Positions 12,060 through 24,155 of a stretch of DNA of 64,000 nucleotides are shown piece after piece (the first letter of the stretch is position 1; every line of letters begins with the position of its first letter). The notes beneath the pieces are model-generated. The model was not told where the DNA came from. It saw nothing but the letters and a program-made list of their open reading frames with translations, and searched no databases. The position numbers and the translations under genes are program-made. The stretch comes from Heteronotia binoei (lineage: Eukaryota): assembly GCF_032191835.1 (NCBI RefSeq), contig NC_083228.1, positions 115,506,001 through 115,570,000 of the forward strand, given 5' to 3'.

Positions 12060-12740
12060 AGTTTCAGAAAGGCTGTTAGGTTTTAAATTTAAAAAGAGCC
12101 AACCTTTATAATTACAGTCCATTTTGGCATCTTGCTTCACTTTCATGAGGTTTTTTTTTTTTTAAACTAAGGCTTAATATAAAGTGTTTTAAACTTTGCT
12201 GTTAGGAATCTGTTCATAGGCATAAAGGTTTAAAAGTTTGTAATTCTCCAAGGCAAGAGAGATTAAGTGAAGCATCAAGTGGTAAAGCAACTCACAACAG
12301 ACATCTTTACCTAGCTGGGACTGAAATATTCTAAACAAGAATCAGTTAGATTGCTCTTTTTTATCATCTGTGCCCAAATACTATACCGATTTTGAGATCA
12401 AAGAAAGCAGATATGTTTGTTATCCAGACTCTTGGTTGAAAAACGTGTTCTACGGTGACAACCAACAATGCTGCAGCTGCTGTGATGGTAAACCACAGCT
12501 GTATACAAGGTGAGTTTTTTTTCAAAAAGTCAAAAAACCCAGGCTATCTGTGTGCAGACTATTATACATTGCTTCTGCAGCTGTGCCTTTGCTGCCAGCT
12601 GCTTTAAAATAATTTCTAGCACAAACAAGACTTTTGATTTTAAACTTCCAGCCATGAAGTAATTTAGGGTGCAATTCACAGAATACTTATTTCAGAGAAG
12701 TCGTCCTCATATGAACAAGGTCACGAAAGATTATGGCCAA

Positions 12741-12916
12741 TAGTCCCTCTAAACTGTGGAGCAAAAATTCTACTTTGTGAGCTACTGCCATTAAAGTTGT
12801 GAGCTTGGGGGGAGTTGCTCTGGGGCCATGTTTCCTGAGCTAAGACAAAAATGTGTGAGCTGGAGGCGAAAAAACTGGGAGCTAGCTCACACTAACTCAG
12901 CGTAGAGGGAACACTG
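12741..12916. mobile_element. hAT-like MITE
   Basis: Imperfect TIRs (AGTCCCTCTAAACTG ... CAGCGTAGAGGGAACACTG) with internal GTGAGCTA repeats. Confidence 0.55.
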
Positions 12917-13654
12917 ATTATAAAACCAGTGGCACCAGTTCAAAAACAGATTAAAATACATATTCCTCTCACCAGGAAAGAACATTCTGAAAACTGTTAA
13001 ACCTAGCTGATTGTTATAGCATCAAAAAATCAAAGGAAGGGGCCATACAGGCCATCTACTCCAACCCTGCTCAATGCAGGACCAGCCTAAAGCAGAAGTT
13101 TCCTCTTGGATGTCTTACCTAGCCTAATAGACTGATATTACTCATTCATTCACTTAATCTGATAACTCAAAAAGTTATTCAGACATACTGTTTTCAACAA
13201 AATTACAATTGTGAGTGATATCTTGCATCTAATCATATGGCCTGAATGGATTTTCTTTTGCTTCTTTAAATTTTTGTTCCCATCAAAAAGATACCCAGGA
13301 AGGTGAAGGGGACCACAGGAATGGTATGGTATGTGGTGTGGGGACTGCACTGAAATGGGAGCTTTGCTCCACCTCTGACACAAACTTTTATACTGTTCAT
13401 ACAAGAGCCTGAGCAAGACAGGAGATACTTCCAACAGTTTCCCCTTTTCACTATGACTTCCTGTGCTCTACCCCACACTGTTTCAAAGGGTCCCCTTACC
13501 TTCAGGAGCGGTTTTATGTGCAAAACTGGGAGCTAAAGAAAGAATTAGTAAAGACCCGTTCCATGAACTCTGTTCCTCTTTGCAGTAAATTTGGATGTAA
13601 ACCCATGTATTTAACAAATGTTGTTATTTAGAAAACAAAACATTCAACACATAC

Positions 13655-13834
13655 CTCCATAGTTCTTCTCTTAGTTAAAGTTATTTCAAAGTTTTTCCAT
13701 ACCCAGCGCTGTTCCACAACGTGGGCAAAAATCACATGTCCATTTCCACAAGCTCCAGCTAGTTGTGTGCCATCAATAGACCAAGCGATATTAAATAGAC
13801 TGCCAGTGTTTGGTTTCTCTAACGCATAAGACCA
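13655..13834 (-). CDS. IFT80: IFT80 exon (probably 9), 180 bp: [60 protein letters not shown]
   Basis: Translation matches IFT80. AG at 13835-13836, GT at 13653-13654. Confidence 0.97.
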
Positions 13835-16289
13835 CTGTAAAAATATTTTAATGAAAATTAATGTTTACTATAATAACTAGTAAATCTAATACAAAATTAT
13901 TTATTTTGTCCCGTATCAAAAACCCTCCAGGTAGAGACAGTCTCACTTCCGTATTCTGTTCACTAAATAAATGTTAAATGTATATCTGAAACAAAGAAAT
14001 TAAGCTTTGAATATACAGCAATATCATACGTCTGGGTTTTGTATGAACAATAAGTGCAAAGAAAAATATGATTTTTACACATAAACATATGTATGTAACC
14101 CAATACATGTACATATATAACTCCATGTTAGACACTGATAATGTATTTGTAAATAGAAAAAGACACTTTAAGGAATTAATTCGCTACTCCCCCCATCTAA
14201 TTTTTAAAACAACATTGAACTTCTTATGAGAAGCAGAATACTCTTGCAAAACATTTTTGAAAGCTATGACAGGGTAGGCAAAGAACATAGGAAAAGAAGA
14301 GTTATCTTTGTGGCTCTTCTGCAGGTGTTGTCTTCTCAGAGAATGCTACCAAATAACTGACACATGTATGTATACTTGCATACACATTTACTTTCCCCCT
14401 CCACACTCAGTGGGAATAAAAGCTAAAGTAATGAATCATATTTGAACCACATGCAGAGAAAGGGTGCTTTCCCTTTTGTGGTTAAATTTTTGGTTCTCCA
14501 TCTACAAGAGCAACTGTACTCTGTCAGCAAAAGACTAATCCAGAGGGGTAGCCAGCTGTGTTAAGTGTACTATAGCAAGAGACTTTAACATGTTGTGATG
14601 CTTAGAGACTGAGAGGTTTATTGTGGCATTAGCTTTCATGTGGCCTTTCTGCATTATAACTTTTGTGGAATATACATGCAAGTTCCATTTCAGCCACAAC
14701 AAAGGCTGGTGCTGCATAGAGGAGAGAGTGCTAGACTTCTGACTGCAGCAGACTGGAAATAGGAATGCAGTGTGGAGTTGGGTGAGGGCTATGCAAGTAG
14801 CTGCCTAGGCAGCTGCTGACTGTGTGCTGACAATGGCTGCTTCCAGCATGCACAGCTTGCATAGCTGAAAACAAAGAAGATATTACGAAGACACTGCAAG
14901 TGTCTAGTGCTCTGTCATTCAAATAAAACTAAACCTAGTAATGTCACCTCCAGAACTTTCCAATACTTGCAGTGGAAGGCATGTAACATTAATAATGCTA
15001 ATCATCCTCTACATAACTAGCAAGCGGTTGCTGCCATTTCAGGAGGCAGCTTTCATACTTAAGATGCAAATTTACATCAAGAATGTGGTAAGAAGGTATA
15101 CAAAAACAGGTTCAAGACAACATGGATGAGGAGCCAAGTGACTGAGGTGAGGAGTAAAGATTGATAAAGAGAAAAATCATTCAGATTTTCAGAGTAATGT
15201 AATATGAATATGCATGAGCAGTAGTACGAATCATCCAAACATTTGCCACAGAAGTAGTATGAATAATCAACAGTTTGCTGGAACACTAAATAAACTACCA
15301 TACTCTACCAAGTAACAGCACAATATAAACAGAATCAATGAATTTAGAAGCATGTAACTTTGCTTCAGATTGCACTGTTTCCTGTAATACAGATGCATGT
15401 GTTAACTTGTTGGCTAAAATTACAAATTCAAACAAGATAAGCGGTCTGCTTTGTACATGGACAGCCATTATGGCATTTCCTTCCAGTGCTACAAGTGGAT
15501 TCTATCATAAAAAGATACTGAAATATTCGTTAGAATGAATACTAGGTGCACTGGAAGTAACAGAGGAGCCCTGTTACTTCTACACAGACTTTGTAAACAA
15601 AATTTTTATTTTTCACATCTGCAGACAATGAATGTTTTCTGAATTTCTAAGAAGTTTTCAGATTTTTCTGCAAACCTGAGGAGTCCTCCAGGCTTGTTGA
15701 ACTATCTGTTTTGAGTAAGTGTTGCCCTGATCTGCAGATTTAGATATGTGCAGATGGGGCCATACTAGATACTGCATTAAGCAAGAGAACACTGGTTAGC
15801 ACTAACTGTTGTGAACCATAGTTTATTTATTTAAAGTGTTTCTAAATTCAAAGTGGCCCTGTGGGGTTACTGTATGTCAGCTGTGACCTGAAAGCATGCA
15901 TGCATGCATGCATGAATGAATGAATAAATAAATAAATAAATAAATAAAGCGACTTACAATTTAACAGCTGAATGCAAGTTATACCAATGAAGGAGAATTC
16001 AAACTCTAGAATGTTGTGTTTGGGGAGTTGGGTGCAAGCAATAATACAGACTGCTTCATAATTTAGCAGCTGGGATTTATCTCCCTCTACCAGCTCACAG
16101 TGGATTATAAATGCAATAGCCACTGATGAACAAATCATCCATTAATTTTACTCAACCACTTTTACAAATCACTACATATTGTGGCGGGTAGACCTGCAAA
16201 TTAATTATACATTATGTGAATAAATACTTTCACGTGTCAAATCTGCCAGTGACATCAGATCAAGTTCATATATTTTTGAAAGAGAAGGA

Positions 16290-16917
16290 AACATGGGCCC
16301 ATAGGACAGAATGGCCTCTATTCTTTTTTATGAGTCCATAGGATAGAATGGAGGGATCGGGCCCCTGCTGCAGTGCGACGCTAGAGAAGGGGTTTTAAAC
16401 TTTAAACCCCTTCTCTGGGGTCATGCCACAAAGGCGGCCTGATCCCTCCATTTCATCACATGGGCCCACAGCACAGAATGGAGGGAGGGAGAAAGGGGGG
16501 TAAGATCTTCCTCCTGTGGAGGAAGGAAACATAGGCTAGAAACACAGGAGGAAAGCCAGCCACCCTGCGCCTCTGGGGCAGTACCAGGAGAGGTGATCTT
16601 CCTGCGTTTCCAGCCTCAGCTGGAAATGCAGGAGGAAAGCTGTGCTCCGAAGCAGACACCCTTCCCCCCCCCCCACACACACACACAGCAATGAGGTAGG
16701 GCGGGGAGGGCACCCCAGGCTGGCTTAGTCCTGGCTGACTTTTCCTTGCCTCTCTTCCGATTTGGAAGGGAAGCGGAGCATAGCCATCAGACCCTAAAAC
16801 AAGCTGGGACATTTGCCTAGGGTACTGGGTGGGTGGGGGAGCGCCCAATTTGACACCCCTACCCACCTGGCGCCCTAGGCAAATGCCTAGTTTGCCTAGT
16901 GGCAGGGCCGGCCCTGG
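16290..16917. mobile_element. Probable non-autonomous DNA transposon with internal palindrome
   Basis: CAGGGCCGGCCCTG terminus, repeated GGCCCATAGGACAGAATGG units and palindrome AGAGAAGGGGTTTTAAACTTTAAACCCCTTCTCT. Confidence 0.5.
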
Positions 16918-17452
16918 ATCCAATCCAGTGATTTTAAAGCTGAAATCTAAACTATTGGGAAATCTGGGTACAAGTAGAAAAGTTTAAGTTTGTAATGATA
17001 CAAGGCAACCTCTGGCTCTCTTGAAGAAAGATTTCAAACCAAACCACTATTTCTTAGGAAAAATCAGATCTTGTTTCAAGTACTGTAAATCAGCATATAT
17101 GAATTAACTAAATGAAACTTGGTTTTGGGATATATGCAAAACATTAAATATATACTTGATTTCTCAGGGGCATATTCAAAGCACTAACAGTGGCATTTCA
17201 ACTCTGTTAAAATGAATTTCAAACACATTTCTACAGAAATATATGCTTTGGCCTTTTGGTTTCTCCCTAGAGAGTAAAAAGGTTCTATGAGAACCAAAAG
17301 TGGCAACATTTGTGTTTCTTCCAATTAGGAAACAGCACTTCTGTAAGCAACAGAAAATAAAGTCCTTGGTTACTAATTATTGTAAAGAAAAAGAAAAAGG
17401 AAAAATAGAGTTTAACATTCTGTAAAAGGGGCGAGATCAAGAATATGATTAA

Positions 17453-17651
17453 AGAAGATATTGGATTTATATCTTGCCCTTCATTCTGAATCTCAGAAAG
17501 GTCACAATCTCCTTTACCTTCCCCTCCACCAACAACAAACACCCTGTGAGGTATGTGGGGCTGAGAGAGCTCTCACAGAAGTTCCCCTTTCAAGGACAGC
17601 TGAGAGCTATGGCTGACCCAAGGCCATTCCAGCAGCTGCAAGTGGAGGAGT
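17453..17651 (-). mobile_element. Squam3-like CORE-SINE, interrupted; its head end is missing
   Basis: MIR-type core CACCCTGTGAGGTA.GTGGGGCTGAGAG, near-identical to the copy at 53165. Confidence 0.8.
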
Positions 17652-18144
17652 TAGGGTTGCCAAGTTCGACTCAAAAAATATCAGGGGACTTTAGGGGTGG
17701 AGCCAGGAGACTTTGGGGGTGGAGCCAGGAGCAAGGGTGTGGCAAGCACAATTGAACTCCAAAGGGAGTTCTGACTTTCATATTTAAAGGGACCACATAC
17801 CTTTTAAATGCCTTCCCTCCATTTGGAATAATGAAAGATAGGGGCACCTTCTTTTGAGGCTCATAGAATTGGACCCCCTGGTCCAATCTTTTTGAAACTT
17901 ACAGGGTGTTTTGAGGAGAGTCACCAGATGCTATGCTGAAACCTTGGTGCCTCTACCTCGAAAAACAGCCCTCCTAGAGCCCCTGATACCCACGGATCAA
18001 TTTTCCATTATATTCTATGGGAATTGAACTTCATAGGGAATAATGGAGTGCCCAGCAGACATTACCCTCCCCCCGCACTTTCTGATTACCCTGAAGTGGG
18101 GGGAGGGCCTCCAAACTGGGGGATCCCCTGTCCCCACCTGGGGA
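17652..18144. mobile_element. hAT-like MITE inserted in the SINE; right end truncated
   Basis: Starts TAGGGTTGCCAAG and is collinear with 48714-49100. Confidence 0.75.
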
Positions 18145-18435
18145 TTGTGCAATCCACAAAGAGAATAACGGCAATTATAGGCAGAGAAATCCAAAGCACA
18201 AGGCTTTCCGTGAAAACCACCCTCCGAACAACCAACAAACTCACCAAACAATTCAACAATTACAAAAGCATATATTAGTTCATGCTAGACCATACAATTA
18301 GTCCTTAGCAAAACAGGGAATGTGTTCACCAAGAATCAATCCAGTCTTTATAGCAATCATTGCTCAGTTCATTCCAAGGAATCCTGGTGAAATAATTGTC
18401 CAATTGATCAATGTCTCTCAATATATGCAGGGATG

Positions 18436-18465
18436 GAGGGCGGGGCGACGCGGCAAATGGCGGAC
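18436..18465 (+). promoter_or_regulatory. Putative L1 internal promoter start (GC box plus YY1-like site)
   Basis: GGGCGGGG at 18438-18445 and AAATGGCGG at 18455-18463, at the element's 5' end. Confidence 0.5.
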
Positions 18466-18543
18466 GCCTGAAGGAGCCGCTCTCTCTTAACTGTCCCTTC
18501 GCGCCTCCCCCGCTCCTTCCAAACGCTCCGTTTTCGCCCGGGC

Positions 18544-19524
18544 ATGGGCAGAAGAAACGTCGGAACTCTCAGGGCAGCCAGGAAAACTTCTAAAACGCGG
18601 CAACAGGTACTCACCTTCCCCCCCGCGACTCCTGAACCTCCCGCCCCCTCGCCTGGGCCTCCTCTCTTGCCAGATAAAATGGCGTCCGATGCTTCTCCCG
18701 CTATTGAGGAAGACGCATTGCTTACCTCCCAGACTTTCCATTCAGCAATGGCCCGGTTAGAGGAGACCATTGGGGAAGCTATTTCTAAAGCTACTGCTCC
18801 CATCTACTCCGAACTTAAAAAGATAAATGAAACTCTAGCTGCTGTCACTCAAACTGCAGACGCAGCCTTTGAATTAGCTACCAATGCCCAAGAAGCAGTA
18901 GAGAGCCTTCAACGCTCCGACTTGTGGGTGCATGAGAAAGTTTTATACCTGGATAACAAACTGAGGGCGGCAAATTTGAAACTTCGAGGCCTGCCCGAAC
19001 AGGCCGAAGAAAATCAAGAGATTAAAACCTTTATAGCGACCTGGCTAGCCTCTGCTCTCCACCTCCATGATGGTGTTGCCCCTCTTATTGACTCTGCCTA
19101 CCGCCTTGGGGCCCTTCGACCTAACTCAAAAGATTTTCCACGAGACATTTTAGTCACAATCCCAGACTCCAGGACCCGGATTGCAATCTTCCAAAAAGCC
19201 CGATCTGATGAAGGCCTACTCTACGAAGAGAAGAAAATTCTTGTTTTGGCCGACCTTTCCCCCGAGACTCTGCAGCACAGAAAGGACATGAAACCTATTC
19301 TCAACTTGCTTGCTTCACACAAGATCCGTTTCCGCTGGTCTTCTCCCACCCAAATTTTGGTGGTCCACCAGGGTCTCCGCTTAACTGCCTCTGACTTTAC
19401 CTCTGGGTGTAATCTTCTCAAGCACCTCCACATTGATCCGCCTCCAGCCACTGACCCAGACTTGGCTAATGATCTTCAACCACCCAACAAGACATTCTTT
19501 TCCAGATCAAGAAGACGACGTTGA
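18544..19524 (+). CDS. L1 ORF1p (coiled coil, RRM, CTD; Transposase_22-like), 326 aa, uninterrupted
   Basis: Coiled coil followed by LDNKLRAANLKLRGLPE, IDSAYRLG..PRDILV, DLSPETLQHRK and IRFRWSSP motifs. Confidence 0.9.
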   Translation: MGRRNVGTLRAARKTSKTRQQVLTFPPATPEPPAPSPGPPLLPDKMASDASPAIEEDALLTSQTFHSAMARLEETIGEAISKATAPIYSELKKINETLAAVTQTADAAFELATNAQEAVESLQRSDLWVHEKVLYLDNKLRAANLKLRGLPEQAEENQEIKTFIATWLASALHLHDGVAPLIDSAYRLGALRPNSKDFPRDILVTIPDSRTRIAIFQKARSDEGLLYEEKKILVLADLSPETLQHRKDMKPILNLLASHKIRFRWSSPTQILVVHQGLRLTASDFTSGCNLLKHLHIDPPPATDPDLANDLQPPNKTFFSRSRRRR

Positions 19525-19766
19525 GTATGCTCTAAGTCATAAACCTGCCTGTTTGAGTGTTTCAATGTTCATATTGTGTCAACTGCAAGTGCCATGCCCT
19601 GGCTCTACTTTTACGTTTCGGAAGGGAGCGGGGGGAGGAAGAATTTTCCCACATTTAACTCCACTTAGTTGGGACAGTTGAGAGTTCTCTCCTTCTAGCC
19701 CTCCTACCCTGGTTAGTGTTCTACTAATATAAGCCAAAATTTTTTCATTGTTCTCTTTTAGAGTCA

Positions 19767-20315
19767 ATGAATAGTCTAGATAGATTTATGTTTTTTGTAT
19801 TGTTTTTTGTTTATCTGTTTAAAAGGGAAAGCCCTTTGGTGGCATTGTCCACGAAACTGATTGATCACCTTGTTAACTTTGTCCACTTTTGGTTAACCTT
19901 GTTTGTTTGCAACTGTGACCCATATGCCAAATGGTCCTCTTCTATTATACAATGGTACCTGACTCCTTTGCTTGCATTTCAGGAAAGTATTACGTGGTTT
20001 GGTTCGTTACACAAAGTGTATTTTTATGACCCAGCCTTCTGGTTCATGTTTTTATTTCTAATAGTTGTTGACTTAAGCACCTGTTCGTTTTTACTTATTC
20101 CTATCTTGAACTTAATCAGTCTTACCTTTATGGACACTGTTCTTACTTTACTAAAGATATATGTAATTGCAATACAAAGTTGGTTGTTAGTTCCTGGTCT
20201 ATATTTCCTAAACTTGATTCTGGAGGAATTTATTCTTTGGCCATCAGGCCATTTAGTGTTGGCTAAGCTTGAAAACTTCTCATTTTTTGACCGTTCTTTG
20301 TCATGTCGGACTTAA
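19767..20315 (+). CDS. Hypothetical 182-aa hydrophobic ORF in the L1 inter-ORF spacer
   Basis: Frame is open from 19728 to 20315 in T/A-rich sequence and overlaps the ORF2 ATG by 13 nt. No homolog recognised. Confidence 0.4.
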   Translation: MNSLDRFMFFVLFFVYLFKRESPLVALSTKLIDHLVNFVHFWLTLFVCNCDPYAKWSSSIIQWYLTPLLAFQESITWFGSLHKVYFYDPAFWFMFLFLIVVDLSTCSFLLIPILNLISLTFMDTVLTLLKIYVIAIQSWLLVPGLYFLNLILEEFILWPSGHLVLAKLENFSFFDRSLSCRT

Positions 20316-23300
20316 AATTAATCTCTCTTAACTGTAGAGGCCTTAATAATGTTATTAAGGCCAAGAGACTATCCTCCGCTCTAACAAAACTACAACCCGA
20401 CCTTCTTTTTTTACAGGAAACTCATATTAAAAAGACAAATTTTAATATTCTTCATTCAAAATGGTTCCAAACACAGTTTCTAGCTCCCGGTTCATCGAAA
20501 TCACGTGGAGTCGCTATTGTGCTATCTAAGAGAACAAGATTTGTTCCTATGGCCCAGGAAGTAGATCCCCAGGGAAGATATATTTTCGTTAAAGGCATGC
20601 TTAATGACTCTTTATTCACTTTGGTCTCCCTATACGCTCCTAATACTGCACAAATTACCTTTGTTAAATCTACCCTACAGAAGCTTGCCCTTTTCCAAGA
20701 GGGGGAGGTGGTTATAGGCGGTGATTTCAACCAGATAATTGACCCTATTTGGGACAGATCCTTTAAATCACACACCCCCGCAATTGCCCCTTCCGCACCT
20801 CTTCAAACTATTTTCCAAAACCACAATTTATGTGACATTTGGAGGATTCGCAACCCAGGCGTTAAAGATTATACATACTTCTCTGCAGTCCATAATATCT
20901 TCACAAGAATAGACTATTTCCTTACTTCCCCTTCCCTACTGAACCAAATTTCTCACACTAATATAGGCCTCAGAACTCTCTCCGACCACGCCTGGTTGGA
21001 ATGCACTTTAAATGCTGCCCCCCAAGATAAACCTTGCTACAACTGGTCGTTGAACAGATCACTTCTTTTGAATAAAGAGTTCTGTACACAGATTGAAAAA
21101 GAGATTAATATTTATTTTGAGAATAACTCCGATTGTGGGGTTTCTCCTAACATCGTCTGGGACGCAATGAAAGCAGTCTTACGGGGTAAATGCATCTCTT
21201 TGAATTCGGCCTACAAAAAAAGGAAATTAGAACTCAGTCAACATTTACTAGATAACATCAAACTGTTAGAACAGAAACACAAACAGACTTGTTCCAAAAA
21301 GATCTACCATAAACTCTTACTCGAACGGAAAAAGCTCGAGTTACTAGATACTACTACCATCAAGAAGAACCTTCTCTTTTTAAAGCAACGTTACTGGTTC
21401 AACCATCCCCGTTCATTGAAACTTCTATCTTGGAAACTTAGAAAAGAATTAGGGGAGCGACACATAAATGTCATCTCAGACTCCACAGGCAAAAGGCACT
21501 CCTCAAATAAGAAAATCATAGATGTTTTTCACAACTATTTTCAAAAACTATATACCTCAACCAATCCTTCTCCTCTCTTAATAGATCGCCTTTTACAGGA
21601 TCAACCCGTTCTTAATCGCCTATCACAAGACCATCAACACTTTTTAGAGTCGCCCATTTCTCCTACAGAGGTGCTTGATGCCATCAAATCTTCTAAACCC
21701 AACAAAACACCTGGTCGAGACGGTCTGCCTTCAGAATTTTATAAGAAATTTGGCTCGTCCCTAACTCCTCATTTTACCTCGATTTGCAATCTAGTGCTGG
21801 ACTCTGGCCTTATGCCCCCTTCTTGGTCCCAAGCAAAAATAATCCTTATACCCAAAAAAGAGAAAGACCCCTTATCTACTAAGTCCTATCGCCCTATTTC
21901 TTTACTCAATAATGACTATAAACTATTTACATCTATTTTAACAGCCAGACTAAACAAGATCATTGGTTCCTATATTCATATAAACCAATTGGGATTTATC
22001 CCAAATCGGGATATTACCGACAACACGAGTCAAAGTATTAACTTGATCCAGTACTGCAACTTTCAGAAATTCGAGTCCTGTATTTTGGCCCTAGACATCG
22101 AAAAAGCCTTCGATAGCGTGGAACCGCTTTTTCTCCATAAGGTTCTTCACCATATGGGTTTCGGTCCGAAATTTAGGAAGGTCATCAATTCCCTTTATTT
22201 AGACCCATCCGCTTTTCTGCAAATTAATGGCCAACATTCTCCTGTGTTTCGACTTGAGAGGGGGACACGTCAAGGTTGTCCCCTCTCCCCAATCCTATTT
22301 GCACTGGCTATTGAACCCCTTGCTAATTTAATTCGTCTGTCTCCTGAGATCCCTGGAATCTCCGTTCAAGGCTCTTCATTCAAAATCAGCTTATTTGCTG
22401 ACGATATACTCCTATATATATCCAATCCATTGCAATCCCTGAATGCCATTTCTACCATCCTGGACAGTTTTGGGACGCTTTCTGGACTCCATATTAACCA
22501 CTCTAAATCTATTCTTTACCCAATCAATGTTTCTCTTGATCTGAGAAATGAAATAACCACCAATTACTCCTTTCACTGGGTTACCGATAGCTGGTCATAC
22601 TTAGGATTAAAAATCCCCGTAAACCTTTCCAATTTGTTGAAGTCCAATTATACTGCCACTCTCTCAGACATTTCCACCAATTTGAAACAGTGGGACAAAC
22701 TGCAACTGTCTTGGATGGAAAGAATCCATACCATTAAATCTTTTATTTTTCCACGTTTACTATACTTATTTCGGGCTCTTCCCATCGAGATACCTCCAAG
22801 AATGCTAAACTCTTGGCAACAAACTCTGTCTGCCTTCATCTGGAAATACAAAAAAGCCCGAATTAAACTCTCAACTATCTGCCGCTCTAAAGCTAAAGGC
22901 GGCCTGGCGGTCCCCGATATCACTCGCTATTACAAAGCTGCCATTCTCTCTCAAATGATCAAGATCCTATACCAACATCCCCCCCCCCCCACCTTGGTCC
23001 CTTCTTGAAGAGGCCCATTTTACTCCCCTCAAATACTATGAGCTTTTATGGCTCAAAAAGTCAGACCGCCCTCCATGGCATTTTGTGAACCCATTTCTAA
23101 AAGCACTTCTTTCGGTATGAGACTCAGAACGCTCTTTTCTTGCCCCAGGTTTTTCCATCATCTCCTCATTTATGGGCCAAAAATGGTTTCCCCCGGCCCA
23201 GCTCCCCTCCTCTTTTAGAACCTGGCGCGACTCCTTGATGGTTTTCCTTTTTAACCTTCTTTCTTCCTCCAGACAAATTTTACCTAAAGACAAGCTTGAT

Positions 23301-24155
23301 CAAAAATTATCAAACCCATCACCTTGGTTTCAATATTTCCAAATTAGACATTTACTTCAGGATTCTCAATTGAAATCGTCGCTTTCCCGCCCAACAACTG
23401 ACTTTGAATACCTGATTCTCCACCTACAAGATTCTGAAAAATCAAAGGGTCTCATTTCACAAATATATCGTGTTCTCTTATCCAAACTGGAATCTTCACT
23501 TCCTTCATACACAAATTCATGGCATAAAGACTGTGGGTCCACGCTCTCTCCAGACCAATAGGAGGCCATATGGGAAAGTGAAATTCTGCACTCTAACGTT
23601 ATAAACATATCACAACAGAATTTCAAACTAATGGCCCGCTGGTATCTTACTCCCATCCAACTTTCACATATGATTATTTCGACTTCCCCAGACTGCTGGA
23701 GAGACTGTGGTCTCAAAGCTTCATATATCCATTGTTGGTGGGAGTGCCCTAAGTTAAGACCCTTTTGGTCTTCAATTTGTTCTCATCTTTCAACTTTACT
23801 GGGAATCACAATCCCCGAAGACCCTAAGATAATATTTCTTAATCACTGGCCTGGTTCCAAACTGTCCTCCTCCAAAAGGTCCCTAATGGCTAAACTCCTA
23901 ACGGCAGCAAAAGCAACGGTAGCACAATCCTGGAAAAACCTCAACAGTCCATCTCTCGACACCTGGCTCTTAAAAGTCTGGGACCACATTGCTATGGACA
24001 AGATCCAGGCTTCGCTCGACACTACTGACCCCTACCAAGCCTATTCTAAATATATAGCGATTTGGCTCCCTATCCTGGAAAAAATTGATAGCGACCCATT
24101 CTACATCAATTCCCATAACAAAAGTAAACTTTACAAAGATTTCTTGTGGTTATAA
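20303..24155 (+). pseudogene. L1 ORF2 (APE endonuclease, RT, CCHC), ~1283 aa when repaired; three lesions
   Basis: SLNCRGL, LQETH, GGDFN, RIDYF, LDIEKAFD, GTRQGCPLSP, LFADD and CWRDC..HCWWEC motifs. Lesions: +1 frameshift in the C12 run (22979-22990), TGA at 23118-23120, TAG at 23559-23561. Confidence 0.95.

Noticed and set aside
20452-23716. Antisense ORFs within L1 ORF2
   Set aside because: Shadow frames of a long sense ORF with no independent support.
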